Assembly (NCBI GenBank): GCA_963794945.1
Contig: CAWCFT010000018.1
Location: 3,479-67,478 of the forward strand
DNA from: Endomicrobiales bacterium
GTDB lineage: Bacteria; Elusimicrobiota; Endomicrobiia; Endomicrobiales; CAWCFT01
Length of the DNA stretch: 64,000 nucleotides
Direction: 5' to 3'
Under the pieces are notes generated by a model. The model did not search any database. It was not told where the DNA came from and was given only the letters and a program-made list of their open reading frames with translations. The translations under genes and the position numbers were made by a program. Each line of letters begins with the position of its first letter. Within the stretch, counting starts at the first letter, position 1. Below, piece after piece: positions 9,451 through 18,898 of the stretch.

Positions 9451-11875
9451 TATATCTGGATGAAGTTAAATTGACGAATACAAAATTTATAACCTGTTCT
9501 ATATTCGAAATAGCCTTGAGCGAGTTCGACATCTTTGTTGACAGGAAATTATCGTTGGCACTCGCTTCTGGTTTATCAGTCTGGGGAGAAAGCCCTGTCA
9601 GCTCAAGAAGGATAATGGCCAATACTTTTTTTACAATATTTGATTCATTTTTAAGCGTGTTTATAGCATTTAAGCGTGCAAGTATCATGTTTTGAGCGGA
9701 ATCAGGCAGGCTGGCTATGTCTTCAAGGGGTATCCCTTCAATATCATTTCGAAGTTCGGGATTGTTCTTAATGATCTCATCTATCCCATGTATTAAACCA
9801 TAACCTGTTACATAATTCTCTCTTTCTGCAAACATGAACAGGTTTTTTAAAATAGAATATGTGTTAGGGCACAATGTGCCAAAATCGGCAGTATCTAAAG
9901 CGCCGGTTAGCAAGCTGTTTAGAACATTAAGAGCTACATTAACGGAAACAGCCGCTTGCGCTTTCATCTCACCTGTAAATGTTATCTCTTTTACTGTGCC
10001 TCCGGTTTCTTCTCTGGTTATATTTATAGTTCTATTATTAGCAAGTTCTATCGTTCCATTTGCAAAAGACGCTGATTTTACATTATTTTCTCCCAGAGCG
10101 TCTTTGATGGCTTTAACCAGCGCATCGAACTTATCCTGTGTTAGCGCCGACCCTGACAACTGATGCCTTGCTGCTTCCGACATTAACCTGACAAGCGCGT
10201 CCGTTTTCAATTCCGAAGCTATAGCCAGCGCTAGGCTGTTGGTTCTGAATTGCGCATTCTCTTCTAAAATTTTTGCCTGTTCCTTGGCGGATTCCGCGTA
10301 TAACAGGCTTGAACTTTTCGTACTCTGGCTGATATTAGGAGTTATCGTTATATATGACAACCCTTTGTCTTCCGCTATTTTCTTTAATCCTTGAGTGTGG
10401 AACCCTCCGGTTACTATAACCACTATTTCGGAATTTTTAAGCAGCCCTGAAATTGTAGTATTCTTAGCTGACGGTTCTGGTACACTTTTCCCCGAAACCT
10501 GAAACTCGGAACTCGGAACTGTTTTTAATTCTGTTATATTTTTAACAAAACATTCATTCCTTTTACAATTTGTGTCATAAAATTCATTAAGCAAAGTAAA
10601 ATCTTCACTGAGCTCTGAGACCCTGTCCCTGAAAGCGTATTTTGACCAGATGTCCTTGAATTTCCCGAAACGCTCAACAAAATACCCGTAATCATCCGCT
10701 GATATCTTATTGGATACATAATCTTTGAAATACCCGAAGAAATCGTTTAAGAACGATACTTCCAGCTCGCCTATATCGTTTGCAAATCCCACCCGTATCT
10801 CTTCGACAAGGCGCCTCTGTTCTTCAATCAGTTTTATCGGGTTGACGCCTCTGCTTTTTTCGTTATAATCGAAGAACTGCTTAAGGTCAGGATAACTGCT
10901 CCCAATATCAAGCCTGTACTCGCCGGCTATCTTTGAAAGGCAAACGTAAAGCTCGTCAAGTTTTGAAAAGTTATCGGTCTTTTCGGCCATATCGTTGTAA
11001 ACACCGTAGGGCACATCTCTCTTTACGGCTTGAACGAAATTCGACAGTTCTCCGGATATTTTTGGGTACTTTAAAGACCTGCCAAGCTCCATAAGCTCCA
11101 GGTAACCGCTTATGTTTGGATAATTGTTCATGTCGATGCTTAGCAGGTTGTTGTATTCCCCGGGGCTGGAATTTATATTACGCGCGTATTTGCACAACAG
11201 CCTGTAGAATTTTTCGGCTGGCATCTTGCCGCTCTTATATTCCTCTATCGAGCGGTTAAACCTCTTGTTCCGTGAGTTAAAATATTTGGCCTCCATTACC
11301 TGCAGGTCTTTTTCCAGGCCCTTGATCTTGTTGTTAAAGAATTCCTGTTTGTCCAGTATTTTACCGAGCCTGACAATGTTGGCTTCATGTACGTTCCGGT
11401 CTTCTATGCCTTTCAGCAAGCCCGGCCTGTTTGATTTGACAGAATAATATTCCGAGCCGGTCAGCTTGCCTTCATTAATAAGGTTCTCAATTATTGTTTC
11501 CTTTAATTCTTTATCTTTTATATTGCAAAGCCATGACGTGTCTACGTCCCCATAAGCGCCTTCCACATACACTTTCTTTAATCCGTATTTCGCATCAAGT
11601 TCGCTTAGTATCTTTGCTATGTTCCTCTGCACCTCGGCATGGCAGTGGAGGTCCTGAATGTTAACTATAACCCGATTGGACCGAGTGCCCGCAGGCGCGG
11701 CGGAGAAATCAGTAACCCTGCCAATGCTCTGCCCGATAACCTGTTCTTCCGCCAAAGGCTTAACTTTACCGGATTCCCCGGACATGTCGACAGCGGCGTG
11801 GACAGCCTGCCCAAATACGAACGACACTAGAAAACATGCCGTTGTAATGACCGCGATTAGTTTTTTGTAGTTCAT
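9161..11875 (-). CDS. Giant gene A, N-terminal segment. Holds the signal peptide, the N-terminal region shared with giant gene B, and the first half of a B12-binding domain.
   Basis: ORF track gives 9161..11989. I place the start at the ATG at 11875 (MNYKKLIAVITTACFLVSFVFGQAVHA). GGAGG lies 6 nt upstream and the alignment with the start of paralog B begins here. The segment ends 7 nt before the next ORF, at a GGGGGAAAAA run. Confidence 0.85.
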   Translation of the reverse strand: MNYKKLIAVITTACFLVSFVFGQAVHAAVDMSGESGKVKPLAEEQVIGQSIGRVTDFSAAPAGTRSNRVIVNIQDLHCHAEVQRNIAKILSELDAKYGLKKVYVEGAYGDVDTSWLCNIKDKELKETIIENLINEGKLTGSEYYSVKSNRPGLLKGIEDRNVHEANIVRLGKILDKQEFFNNKIKGLEKDLQVMEAKYFNSRNKRFNRSIEEYKSGKMPAEKFYRLLCKYARNINSSPGEYNNLLSIDMNNYPNISGYLELMELGRSLKYPKISGELSNFVQAVKRDVPYGVYNDMAEKTDNFSKLDELYVCLSKIAGEYRLDIGSSYPDLKQFFDYNEKSRGVNPIKLIEEQRRLVEEIRVGFANDIGELEVSFLNDFFGYFKDYVSNKISADDYGYFVERFGKFKDIWSKYAFRDRVSELSEDFTLLNEFYDTNCKRNECFVKNITELKTVPSSEFQVSGKSVPEPSAKNTTISGLLKNSEIVVIVTGGFHTQGLKKIAEDKGLSYITITPNISQSTKSSSLLYAESAKEQAKILEENAQFRTNSLALAIASELKTDALVRLMSEAARHQLSGSALTQDKFDALVKAIKDALGENNVKSASFANGTIELANNRTINITREETGGTVKEITFTGEMKAQAAVSVNVALNVLNSLLTGALDTADFGTLCPNTYSILKNLFMFAERENYVTGYGLIHGIDEIIKNNPELRNDIEGIPLEDIASLPDSAQNMILARLNAINTLKNESNIVKKVLAIILLELTGLSPQTDKPEASANDNFLSTKMSNSLKAISNIEQVINFVFVNLTSSRYTDIIHSPSGLYSLVGYLKHAFPSVAPHLFDTQTMNAGEYAQLADRIAEIRPKILGFSVPIGATQSLDELILQLFERLFAEEMPLLVLGEKYTYVRY
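10385..11675 (-). other. Conserved N-terminal domain shared by A and B (unassigned)
   Basis: VIVNIQDLHCHAEVQRNI..KKVYVEGAYGDVDTSW..LTGSEYY..(helical region)..IVVIVTGGFHTQGL. It aligns by eye along its length with B 21022..22300. It loosely resembles ChaN/TraB/Tiki-type GxxH...E...GxxH folds, which is speculative. Confidence 0.4.
11795..11875 (-). other. Sec-type signal peptide (or signal anchor) of A
   Basis: MNYKKLIAVITTACFLVSFVFGQAVHA|AVD: a basic n-region, a hydrophobic core and a VHA-A cleavage-like site. Confidence 0.6.
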
Positions 11876-11994
11876 TACAACCTCCACAGATATTAAGTCT
11901 TGTATTTTGATATATCCGCCTTTTCGGCGGGTTATTTCCCGCGATGCGATCACGGGAAATAAAAAAACCCGATCGCGCTTTATGCGCAACCGGG
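11876..11994 (-). promoter_or_regulatory. Structured leader upstream of giant gene A: a terminator-like hairpin with a U-run, then two further hairpins. Homologous to the leader of B.
   Basis: Read on the minus strand. H1 is cccggttgcgc/gcgcgatcggg (11968-11994) followed by T7 (11961-11967). H2 is atttcccg/cgggaaat (11934-11960). H3 is cccgcc-gaaaa-ggcgg (11916-11931). GGAGG and the ATG follow. Confidence 0.55.
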
Positions 11995-12480
11995 CGTGCA
12001 GATCCTGATAATAGCTATCTCTGCAGGAAGATTGCCCCTGGACAGCAACACGAAATACATAAGTAAGAATATACTTATAAACCCGCCATAGTGCTCATTC
12101 TGTTTCTCACCCGGCGGGCTGCCGTTTGAAACTTGAGCCCTGAAATTCTCTAACAATTTGCCATTATCCTTACTTAGGTTTTTGCTTATGTATTTGGCCA
12201 TACTCTTAGAAACAGCGTAAACACATGAGGTATTGTTACTATCAGTCCCCTGGGTGTCTTTATTGTGCCTATATTCGGGCTTCAGCGGCTCTCCGTTCTT
12301 TACCATATCCGCTACTGCCCGGCACGGCAAACCTATATTCCCAATGAAGTTAAATACCGGTGACTGTATATCGCCGCAATTAGGCAAAAAGCCGCCAGGT
12401 TCGGCCAAAACAGCGCCTAAACCCGCGAGACCGTTCACCAGCAGGCACAATACAATTAATAAAACAATTCGTTTTTTCAT
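11980..12480 (-). CDS. Small exported Cys-containing protein with a C-terminal hydrophobic helix, upstream of giant gene A
   Basis: ORF track gives 11980..12495. The likely start is MKKRIVLLIVLCLLVNGLAGLGAVLA at 12480. The protein has a signal peptide, scattered Cys residues, and the tail ..SPPGEKQNEHYGGFISIFLLMYFVLLSRGNLPAE... It has the same architecture and position as 20272..20763. Confidence 0.6.
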   Translation of the reverse strand: MKKRIVLLIVLCLLVNGLAGLGAVLAEPGGFLPNCGDIQSPVFNFIGNIGLPCRAVADMVKNGEPLKPEYRHNKDTQGTDSNNTSCVYAVSKSMAKYISKNLSKDNGKLLENFRAQVSNGSPPGEKQNEHYGGFISIFLLMYFVLLSRGNLPAEIAIIRICTPGCA

Positions 12481-12581
12481 TCTTAGTTCCGGCATAAGTA
12501 TACTGTTTGGTGATATTACCCTAAATTGATGAAAAAAATGAAAATATCTTGTGATATTATTGTAAAAAACGTTTGCGAAAT

Positions 12582-12610
12582 ATTATAGGGCTATTCCGCT
12601 GGAAATACAA
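12582..12610 (-). promoter_or_regulatory. Sigma70-like promoter for the small ORF / giant gene A unit
   Basis: The minus strand reads TTGTAT - 17 nt - TATAAT (-35 at 12605-12610, -10 at 12582-12587), about 100 nt upstream of the 12480 start. Confidence 0.4.
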
Positions 12611-12642
12611 GGGCTGTATATTGTTTTAAAAAATTGGGGGCT

Positions 12643-13164
12643 TTATTTAGACTGCTCGGCTTCCAGCTTATTAAAAGCTTTTTCAGCGTTTTCTTTAATG
12701 TATTTTTTTACGCTTTCGCTCAGTTCACTTACCTGTCCGGCCATGTTTTTCAGGTCTTCAATATTAAGCGCCGCAAGGGAATAGGCTGTTTTGCCGTTAT
12801 CCCAGCGGTCCGTTATCTTTATGCCTGAAACGGTGTTTGAGGCGAATGTTTTGACTGTATTTTCAATGTATTGTTCACCACTTGTTTTCTCGGGGTCAGT
12901 GGCTGAAGTTGAGGCCATATAATCACGCATCAGAGAAGTTGACATAACCGATATTTGCTTAGACACCTCGGCTATCGCGCGGTTGTCAGCGGTAGTACGC
13001 CTTAGGGCCGCGGAATTCACTCCTTCAACTATGCCAACACCGTAAAGCACCTTTTTCTCTTTAGGGAATGCGCCCGCGCCCTTAGTTACCCAAGCGGGCT
13101 TACCGCCGCCAGTCGCACAACCAAAAAGAAAAAATGCACTCATAATCAAAAGCGTTTTCTTCAT
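12643..13164 (-). CDS. LPP20-family lipoprotein
   Basis: Signal peptide with lipobox FLFGC, then ..PAWVTKG..VLYGVGIVEG..AALRRTTADNRAIAEVSKQISV.., the pattern typical of LPP20-like lipoproteins. Confidence 0.6.
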   Translation of the reverse strand: MKKTLLIMSAFFLFGCATGGGKPAWVTKGAGAFPKEKKVLYGVGIVEGVNSAALRRTTADNRAIAEVSKQISVMSTSLMRDYMASTSATDPEKTSGEQYIENTVKTFASNTVSGIKITDRWDNGKTAYSLAALNIEDLKNMAGQVSELSESVKKYIKENAEKAFNKLEAEQSK

Positions 13165-13233
13165 GATATCCTCCCTTTAATGGCCTTTCCAGACAGCGGC
13201 TAGTATTGAAAAACCGGACTATCGTTAACTTGT

Positions 13234-14646
13234 TTATTGAGCTGAACGGACTACGACAAAAGTTTTTTTGCCAGGCTTTATCATTACATCTCCAATCAGG
13301 CGCGACGAAACTTCCATGCCTGCCTTATCGAAATATTTTATGTTAACCGGATGCTGCCCCTGGGGCAGGATCAGGCGGGTAACTATGATCTTATCAGGCA
13401 GAGAACGCCATGAGCGTTTATCCGCAAGCTCTGTCGCTGTCGAGGCAGCCGTTAAAAGCTTTTTCGCGAGCCACCCGGACAACTCCCCGCTTGACTGCTC
13501 CACTTTCTGGCTTATGTTCCTGGCCAGCGCGAACTTTATAACAGACCTTACAATGGCCTTTATGCGGATCCTTGCTATCCTGTCATCAAGGCTTTTCTCG
13601 GCTATCCTGCCTATATCTTCGGCTATCTCGCCTTTTGCTGTCGCGATACCCGCCACAGATGCCTCAAGCCCCGTTATCTGATATTTTACCGGAACATACT
13701 TGGGGAAAGCCATCCTCACTTGCTCATCTGAGGCTATTGACCTCGCTATCGCCCCTGCCTGCTGCACCTGCTCCTGTTCGTCACCCTTCGCGTCAACCTG
13801 GCCTACATACGCCCATCCCCAGCCAAAACTGAATTCGAAGAAACTGTCTATCTTTTCAGGTGAAAAACCGTTATAGTCAAGCAGGACAAGCTCGCCGTAA
13901 CCAGCCGGGATTTTCACCGGTTCCACGTTCTTATAATTGTTCCTTATTTCTTGTATTTCATCGCTGAACCCCAGTATATCGGCTGTCCTGATGGCATCGC
14001 TGATAAGCTCTTTGGGAGTCGTCACGCCGTAATCTTTAACATACTGCTTGTAAGCTTCCAGAGCCTGCCTGTACGATATATATGCGTCGTTTGTCTCGCC
14101 CTCATTTTCGTAGAGCATGCCCATCAGGTAGCGGACGAACGCGTCTTCTTTGTAGACACTTTTATGGCCGTAGTTGGTCTGAAGTGTTTTAAGCAGCTGG
14201 TCAGCCTGCCTTGCCTCGACAAGGGCTTCCTGCTCCTGGCCAAGCATGATATAATTCAAAGATGAAAAAACATTTACCATAGCCCGTTCAAAATCTTCGC
14301 CGTAATACGGGCGCATGTTGTCGCTTATAAGGAAAGTTGAAGCTTCTGTAGTGACGCTTTTAGTAAAAAGGCTGAGCGAGAGCTTTTTTGCCCGTTCAAA
14401 AGCCTGGTTGCTTTCGGTGTAGTTGCCCGCAAGCTGGAGAAGCATGCCGCGGTCAAGATAATACATCAGCGCGTTTTTCTGGCCGTAGATGTCTTCCTTA
14501 GATTTTTCAGTTAGTGCGGCCGCGTCAGCGTATTTTTCTCTTGAAACAAGGCCGTTAAGCTCAGTGTAATACGCCGACCTTGTCGCGCAGGAGGCAATAA
14601 AGACAAGCGACACCAGCGAACATTTCAATATCTTTGAATATAACAT
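13234..14646 (-). CDS. Lipoprotein with N-terminal TPR-like repeats (family unassigned)
   Basis: 470-aa ORF with lipobox FIASC. It has TPR-like helical pairs (..YYLDRGMLLQLAGNYTESNQAFERA.., ..YLMGMLYENEGETNDAYISYRQALEAY..). It sits between two other lipoprotein genes on the same strand. Confidence 0.55.
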   Translation of the reverse strand: MLYSKILKCSLVSLVFIASCATRSAYYTELNGLVSREKYADAAALTEKSKEDIYGQKNALMYYLDRGMLLQLAGNYTESNQAFERAKKLSLSLFTKSVTTEASTFLISDNMRPYYGEDFERAMVNVFSSLNYIMLGQEQEALVEARQADQLLKTLQTNYGHKSVYKEDAFVRYLMGMLYENEGETNDAYISYRQALEAYKQYVKDYGVTTPKELISDAIRTADILGFSDEIQEIRNNYKNVEPVKIPAGYGELVLLDYNGFSPEKIDSFFEFSFGWGWAYVGQVDAKGDEQEQVQQAGAIARSIASDEQVRMAFPKYVPVKYQITGLEASVAGIATAKGEIAEDIGRIAEKSLDDRIARIRIKAIVRSVIKFALARNISQKVEQSSGELSGWLAKKLLTAASTATELADKRSWRSLPDKIIVTRLILPQGQHPVNIKYFDKAGMEVSSRLIGDVMIKPGKKTFVVVRSAQ

Positions 14647-14671
14647 TGATACCTCAAAACAAGAGAAAGCT

Positions 14672-14768
14672 CAAAGGTTCAAAAGTTCAAGGGTTAAAAT
14701 GTAGATTTCAAAACCAGTACTTGATCTTGAAATTTTACCAGCGGTTATCCTTGAACCTTTGAACTTTG
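14672..14768. repeat. Long imperfect inverted repeat (about 20-nt arms) in the intergenic gap between two lipoprotein genes
   Basis: caaaggttcaaaagttcaagg (14672-14692) pairs with ccttgaacctttgaactttg (14749-14768). A smaller inner hairpin is atttcaa..ttgaaat. Confidence 0.7.
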
Positions 14769-14791
14769 AATTTTTTATCTGTATTATATGT

Positions 14792-15394
14792 TTAGAATTT
14801 TGATCCCGGCCGTTTAATGAATTTCTTTATTTTTTTCTGGCCGATCCAGACTTTTTCGTTCGTTAGCATATCAATAAGCTCGAGGTCGACCTGATAATAC
14901 TTGACCTCTTTGTTGCCGGCTTCGTCTTCTATTGAATTGATCTGTCCTTTGAGCATGAAGTCAGCGCCATATTCATGGCCATTGGCTTTAGCGGTCGCAG
15001 GTTCGGCGTTTACAGCCTGTTCGGCGCGTTCATCGCGCACTTCGCCGCGCTGCTCTTTCGACGCCACAAAACCTATACGGCCAGAATTGATCAGTTCCCT
15101 CTCAAGGTCTTTAATGAAAGGTTCGGTGTTGATGTGTTCCATGCTCTTGTTGGCCACGGTCCCGACTATAACGCGCGGTTTCGTGTTCTTGGCTGTCTGG
15201 AAATCGCTTACCCACGGTCTTGAAAGGACGTCCGCAATCATCTCTTTCGAGACAAGCTGCGAATCGGTGTCGTTCCAGTTCCCCGAAAGGTCGATCTGCG
15301 CCGAGACATCTTCCCTCGTAACTTTAGGCGTAGAAGCGCACGACGCCAGAGAAAATACCACTGCTGCTGCAGTAAAACAAAAAAATTTACGCAT
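14792..15394 (-). CDS. LpoB-like (penicillin-binding protein activator family) lipoprotein
   Basis: Lipobox SLASC. ..DLSGNWNDTDSQLVSKEMIADVL..PRVIVGTVANKS..FIKDLERELINSGR..ADFMLKGQINSI..YYQVDLELIDMLTNEKVW matches the LpoB/COG3417-type pattern by eye. Confidence 0.55.
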   Translation of the reverse strand: MRKFFCFTAAAVVFSLASCASTPKVTREDVSAQIDLSGNWNDTDSQLVSKEMIADVLSRPWVSDFQTAKNTKPRVIVGTVANKSMEHINTEPFIKDLERELINSGRIGFVASKEQRGEVRDERAEQAVNAEPATAKANGHEYGADFMLKGQINSIEDEAGNKEVKYYQVDLELIDMLTNEKVWIGQKKIKKFIKRPGSKF

Positions 15395-15457
15395 TTTATT
15401 CCTCCTTGTATTATATTGAAAATATTTCCATAAGTTTCATCGCCAGTTGAAAATACA

Positions 15458-15664
15458 TTATATCCTGTTCTTTCCGGTAACGGATTTTTCCCTGTTGACA
15501 CTAAAGGGGCCAAAAACTTTTTGGATACCTGTTAAGAATTTTATATATTCGTCCAATGAATGTGAGCATTTAACATTTATGTCCCTTGCTTTAGCAAACA
15601 TCTTTTTTCTGTAGGGGCTATAAGCATCTTCGATCATTTCCTTTTTTTCTTCGTTACTTAACAT
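15458..15664 (-). CDS. Small hypothetical protein overlapping the end of the nucleotidyltransferase gene
   Basis: 68-aa ORF whose start overlaps the upstream ORF by 11 nt. No motif recognised. Confidence 0.35.
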   Translation of the reverse strand: MLSNEEKKEMIEDAYSPYRKKMFAKARDINVKCSHSLDEYIKFLTGIQKVFGPFSVNREKSVTGKNRI

Positions 15665-16207
15665 CTTCTACCGCCTTCAGAATTTTATCCAACTCATCTG
15701 CCTTCTTGAACAAATCGAAATACTCTATTACTATCTTCATGTTCAAAGTCTTGCGGTTTACTTTGATAAGGGTTTCAATATCCGACATATCCTTAGCGTA
15801 TCTTCTCGGATCGTTTATACTCGACTGCAGTTTTAGCCCAATAATATCTTCAGGAATAATGATTTTTGTTTTAAACTTGCCTCCAAGGACTTTTTTATCT
15901 TTCGCTCTTAAAAGCATTGCTCTAGAATATTTCCGATGCGCGTGCAAAAAATCAACCTTTCCAAGATCTTCCATTTTTCCCAGATAATTCGATATATCTT
16001 CGTTCTCATTAAGAGCTCATACCCGTAAGACAGCATGATTTTCTTAACTTTTTGCATATCATCTTTTTCCACCAGAAAATCTATATCTGTAGTTGCCCTC
16101 GTATAACCCGCCGAATGGAGAGCAAAACCTCGGATTAATGCAAAAGTTATTTTTTCCTTATTGAATTTTTCAAGAATCAATCTAAAAACTGATTCGAAAT
16201 CCATCAA
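15654..16207 (-). CDS. Nucleotidyltransferase-fold protein (one frame break near 16000)
   Basis: N-terminal piece 15908..16207 reads ..FALIRGFALHSAGYTRATTDIDFLV.. (a G-x-A...D-x-D minimal nucleotidyltransferase-like motif). The shifted frame reads ..YELLNENEDISNYLGKMEDLGKVDFLHAHR.. straight into 15654..15974. Confidence 0.55.
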
Positions 16208-16215
16208 CTAAACCT

Positions 16216-17373
16216 CTAATTATGTATGATCTTCTTAAATTTCCTTTTTCCGGCCTGAAGCACGCATTCTTTCTGGACCACCAGCACCTGGTCATTTGTC
16301 ATTTTTTTGCCATCCAGCTTTATCCCGCCCTGTTCAATGAGCCGCCTTGCTTCATTCTTGCTCTCCACGAGCCCGGAAGCTACCAGGATATCAACAAGCT
16401 TTAGCTCCTGCGAACCGCAAACATACGTTTCCATATCTTCAGGAATATCTTTTTTCCTAAATACTTTATCGAATTCAACCCGTTCATGTATTGCCGCCTC
16501 GCACCCATGATACAGGCTTGTTATCTCTTCGGCAAGGCTTGCCTTGGCCTCGCGCGGGTGCATCTGTTTTACTTCATTGAGGTCTCTCTGGGTCAGCAGC
16601 TCGAAATATTTTATCATGAGCGTGTCGGATATTGACATGACCTTTCCGAACATATCTTTCGGCGTATCGTTCAGCGCGATATAATTACCGTAGGATTTCG
16701 ACATCTTCTTTACGCCGTCCGTCCCTTCAAGGAGCGGCATAGTGATGACCACCTGGGGCTCCTGGCCGAAATCTCTCTGCAGCTCGCGCCCTACAAGAAG
16801 GTTGAATTTTTGGTCGTTTCCGCCGAGCTCGACGTCCGCCTTGATCGCCACTGAATCGTACCCCTGCATCAGCGGGTAGAGGAATTCCACTATGGATATC
16901 GGGCTCTCCGCTTCGTATCTCTTGTGAAAGTCGTCGCGTTCAAGCATCTGTGACACGGTATATTTTCCGGCCAACTTCAACAGCCCTTCTATGCCCATGG
17001 GATAAAGCCAGTGGCTGTTAAAAACAACTTCCGTCTTGGCCCTGTCGAGTATTTTAAAGACCTGGTCCTGGTAAGTTTTTGAGTTCTTGAGTATCTCTTC
17101 TTCGCTCATCATCTTTCTGGTTTCAGAGCGGCCGGACGGGTCGCCTATGCGGGCCGTAAAATCGCCTATCAAAAACACTATCTGGTGGCCAAGCTCCTGG
17201 AACGTGCGGAGCTTATTAAGCAGCACCGTGTGTCCGAGGTGGAGGTCGGGGGCGGTCGGGTCCACGCCGAGCTTTATCCTCAAAGGCCTGCCGGTCGAAA
17301 GTTTTTTCTTCAGTTCTTCGAAAGAGATGATCTCATTGGTTCCGCGTTTTATCTTTTCAATTATGTTATCCAT
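16216..17373 (-). CDS. tyrS: Tyrosine--tRNA ligase
   Basis: HIGH motif ([10 protein letters not shown]), KMSKS motif (KKMSKSYGN), and a C-terminal S4-like [15 protein letters not shown]. The length and order fit TyrRS. Confidence 0.93.
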   Translation of the reverse strand: MDNIIEKIKRGTNEIISFEELKKKLSTGRPLRIKLGVDPTAPDLHLGHTVLLNKLRTFQELGHQIVFLIGDFTARIGDPSGRSETRKMMSEEEILKNSKTYQDQVFKILDRAKTEVVFNSHWLYPMGIEGLLKLAGKYTVSQMLERDDFHKRYEAESPISIVEFLYPLMQGYDSVAIKADVELGGNDQKFNLLVGRELQRDFGQEPQVVITMPLLEGTDGVKKMSKSYGNYIALNDTPKDMFGKVMSISDTLMIKYFELLTQRDLNEVKQMHPREAKASLAEEITSLYHGCEAAIHERVEFDKVFRKKDIPEDMETYVCGSQELKLVDILVASGLVESKNEARRLIEQGGIKLDGKKMTNDQVLVVQKECVLQAGKRKFKKIIHN

Positions 17374-17374
17374 T

Positions 17375-17830
17375 TTACTCCGGTTTTTTCTCCGTTGCTT
17401 TTTGCGTTTCCAGTCGTTCTTTTATCTTATTGTTCAGGGTTTCCTGAAGTGCCGGGTTATCTTTTGCCAGCCTTTGCACCACTTCGCCTGGCAGGAACAA
17501 TATTACGCTGTCGGACTCGGCCTTGATAGTGGCGGTCGCGGCGCGTGGCGTAAGCAGCGATATTTCGCCAAAATAACTGTTGGGCCCAAGCTCGGCCACC
17601 TTAACTTTATCTTTGCCTTTCCTTACCATAACCGCGACCGTCCCTTCTTCAACCAGGCACAGCCTTGAAGAGATCTCGCCCTGAAAAAGAACCGTTGCCC
17701 CCTGCCTGTAATTTTGTTTTTCAAGCCCCGCCAGCAGCTGGCCTATCTCGGCTTCAGTACAGACTGAAAAAAGCCCGGTTTTTATTATCGTTTCTTTTGC
17801 GAACCGCAAGTCCTGTTCGGTTATTTCCAT
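17375..17830 (-). CDS. Cyclic-nucleotide-binding domain protein (effector domain only)
   Basis: ..[45 protein letters not shown].. matches the cNMP-binding beta-barrel signature. No helix-turn-helix follows. Confidence 0.7.
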   Translation of the reverse strand: MEITEQDLRFAKETIIKTGLFSVCTEAEIGQLLAGLEKQNYRQGATVLFQGEISSRLCLVEEGTVAVMVRKGKDKVKVAELGPNSYFGEISLLTPRAATATIKAESDSVILFLPGEVVQRLAKDNPALQETLNNKIKERLETQKATEKKPE

Positions 17831-17924
17831 TTTTTGTCCCCGCTTTACCGGAGCGCCGTTTAAAAAGCGGCGCCAACTGTGAACTTATGACGCTAATTCT
17901 ATAGCCATCTTGTAAAGCGACATA

Positions 17925-18847
17925 TCAATATGCTTTTTTTTCTTCATCGCCGTTCTGAATAGGTATATCGGTTATTTTGCCTTGTGTTTTTACTACAAGC
18001 CGGTTCTTTTTACCCGATAAAAGCAGGTCAACGGCCCTTGTGCCGAACTGGCTGGCAAGAATCCTTGACCTTCCTGAGGGACTGCCGCCCCTTTGGATAT
18101 ACCCAAGCGAGCTGACCCTTGTTTCGTAACCGGTGCTCTTTAGTATTTTTTCCGCGAATTCGTGTGAACTGCCTGCGCCCTCGGCAAAAACCATGACGAG
18201 CGAAGTCTTTCCCTTGTGCCTGGCCTTGCGGAGCTGGCTCGCTATTTTCCCGATGTCGTTTTTACCTCGGGAATAAGTATGAACTCGGCGCCTGACGCAA
18301 CACCTATTGAAAGAGCGAGAAAACCGTGTTCTCTTCCCATCACTTCAACTATGAAAACACGTTCGTGGCTTGTCGCTGTGTCGCGGATCTTGTCTATAGC
18401 GTAAATGGCGGTGTCGAGCGCGGTGTCAAAACCGATGGTCTCGTCGGTTCCGTAAATGTCGTTGTCGATCGAGGCGGGGATGTTGATCACCGGAACGCCG
18501 TGCTTGGAAAAAGTGTTGCCCGCGGCAAGCGAACCGTCGCCGCCGATTATAACGAGCCCGTCTATTTTCATGTTTTTGAGATTCTTTAATGCTTTATTGA
18601 GCCCAGATGCAGTGCGCACTTCCGGGCACCTGACGGTTTTAAGTATCGTCCCTCCGCGGTTGATTATGCCGCTGACGGAGCGAAGGCTCATGTGTGAATA
18701 CTCGTTATCGATCAACCCGCAAAAACCTCGCTGTATACCAATGACTTCCAAGCCGCTGTAAATGGCCTTGCGCACAACCGCGCAAATTGCCGCGTTCATG
18801 CCTGGAGCGTCACCGCCTGAAGTTATTACAGCTATCTTTTTCATCAT
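17925..18847 (-). CDS. pfkA: ATP-dependent 6-phosphofructokinase (one frame break near 18240)
   Basis: KKIAVITSGGDAPGMNAAI..RGGTIL..IGGDGS..GIPASIDNDI..VEVMGR.. (18242..18847), then ..VFAEGAG..LGYIQRGG.. (17925..18194). The shifted frame bridges them (IPEVKNDIGKIASQLRKARHKGKTSLVMVFAEG) at an A5 run. Confidence 0.9.
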
Positions 18848-18898
18848 CGCAGAAATACCTTGTATTGATGTTTCAATTATTTTGGATTTATCACCGGA

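Noticed and set aside
11876-11989. N-terminal extensions of the giant-gene ORFs given by the ORF track (9161..11989 for A, 20760..20831 for B).
   Set aside because: The extensions run through the conserved hairpin leader and overlap the upstream ORF. The two paralogs only start to align at MNYKK/MNFNK. In A that ATG has GGAGG at the right spacing.
17087-17668. A 193-aa plus-strand ORF spanning the tyrS/cNMP-binding gene junction, plus similar antisense ORFs over lpoB-like (14901..15419), pfkA (18326..18761) and macB (59773..60225, 60703..61137).
   Set aside because: They are antisense to genes with unambiguous conserved motifs, and the translated sequences have no domain signatures.
17851-17875. 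GC-rich hairpin (gcgccg..cggcgc) between pfkA and the cNMP-binding gene, considered as an intrinsic terminator.
   Set aside because: No U-run follows it on the coding (minus) strand, so it is not a confident rho-independent terminator.
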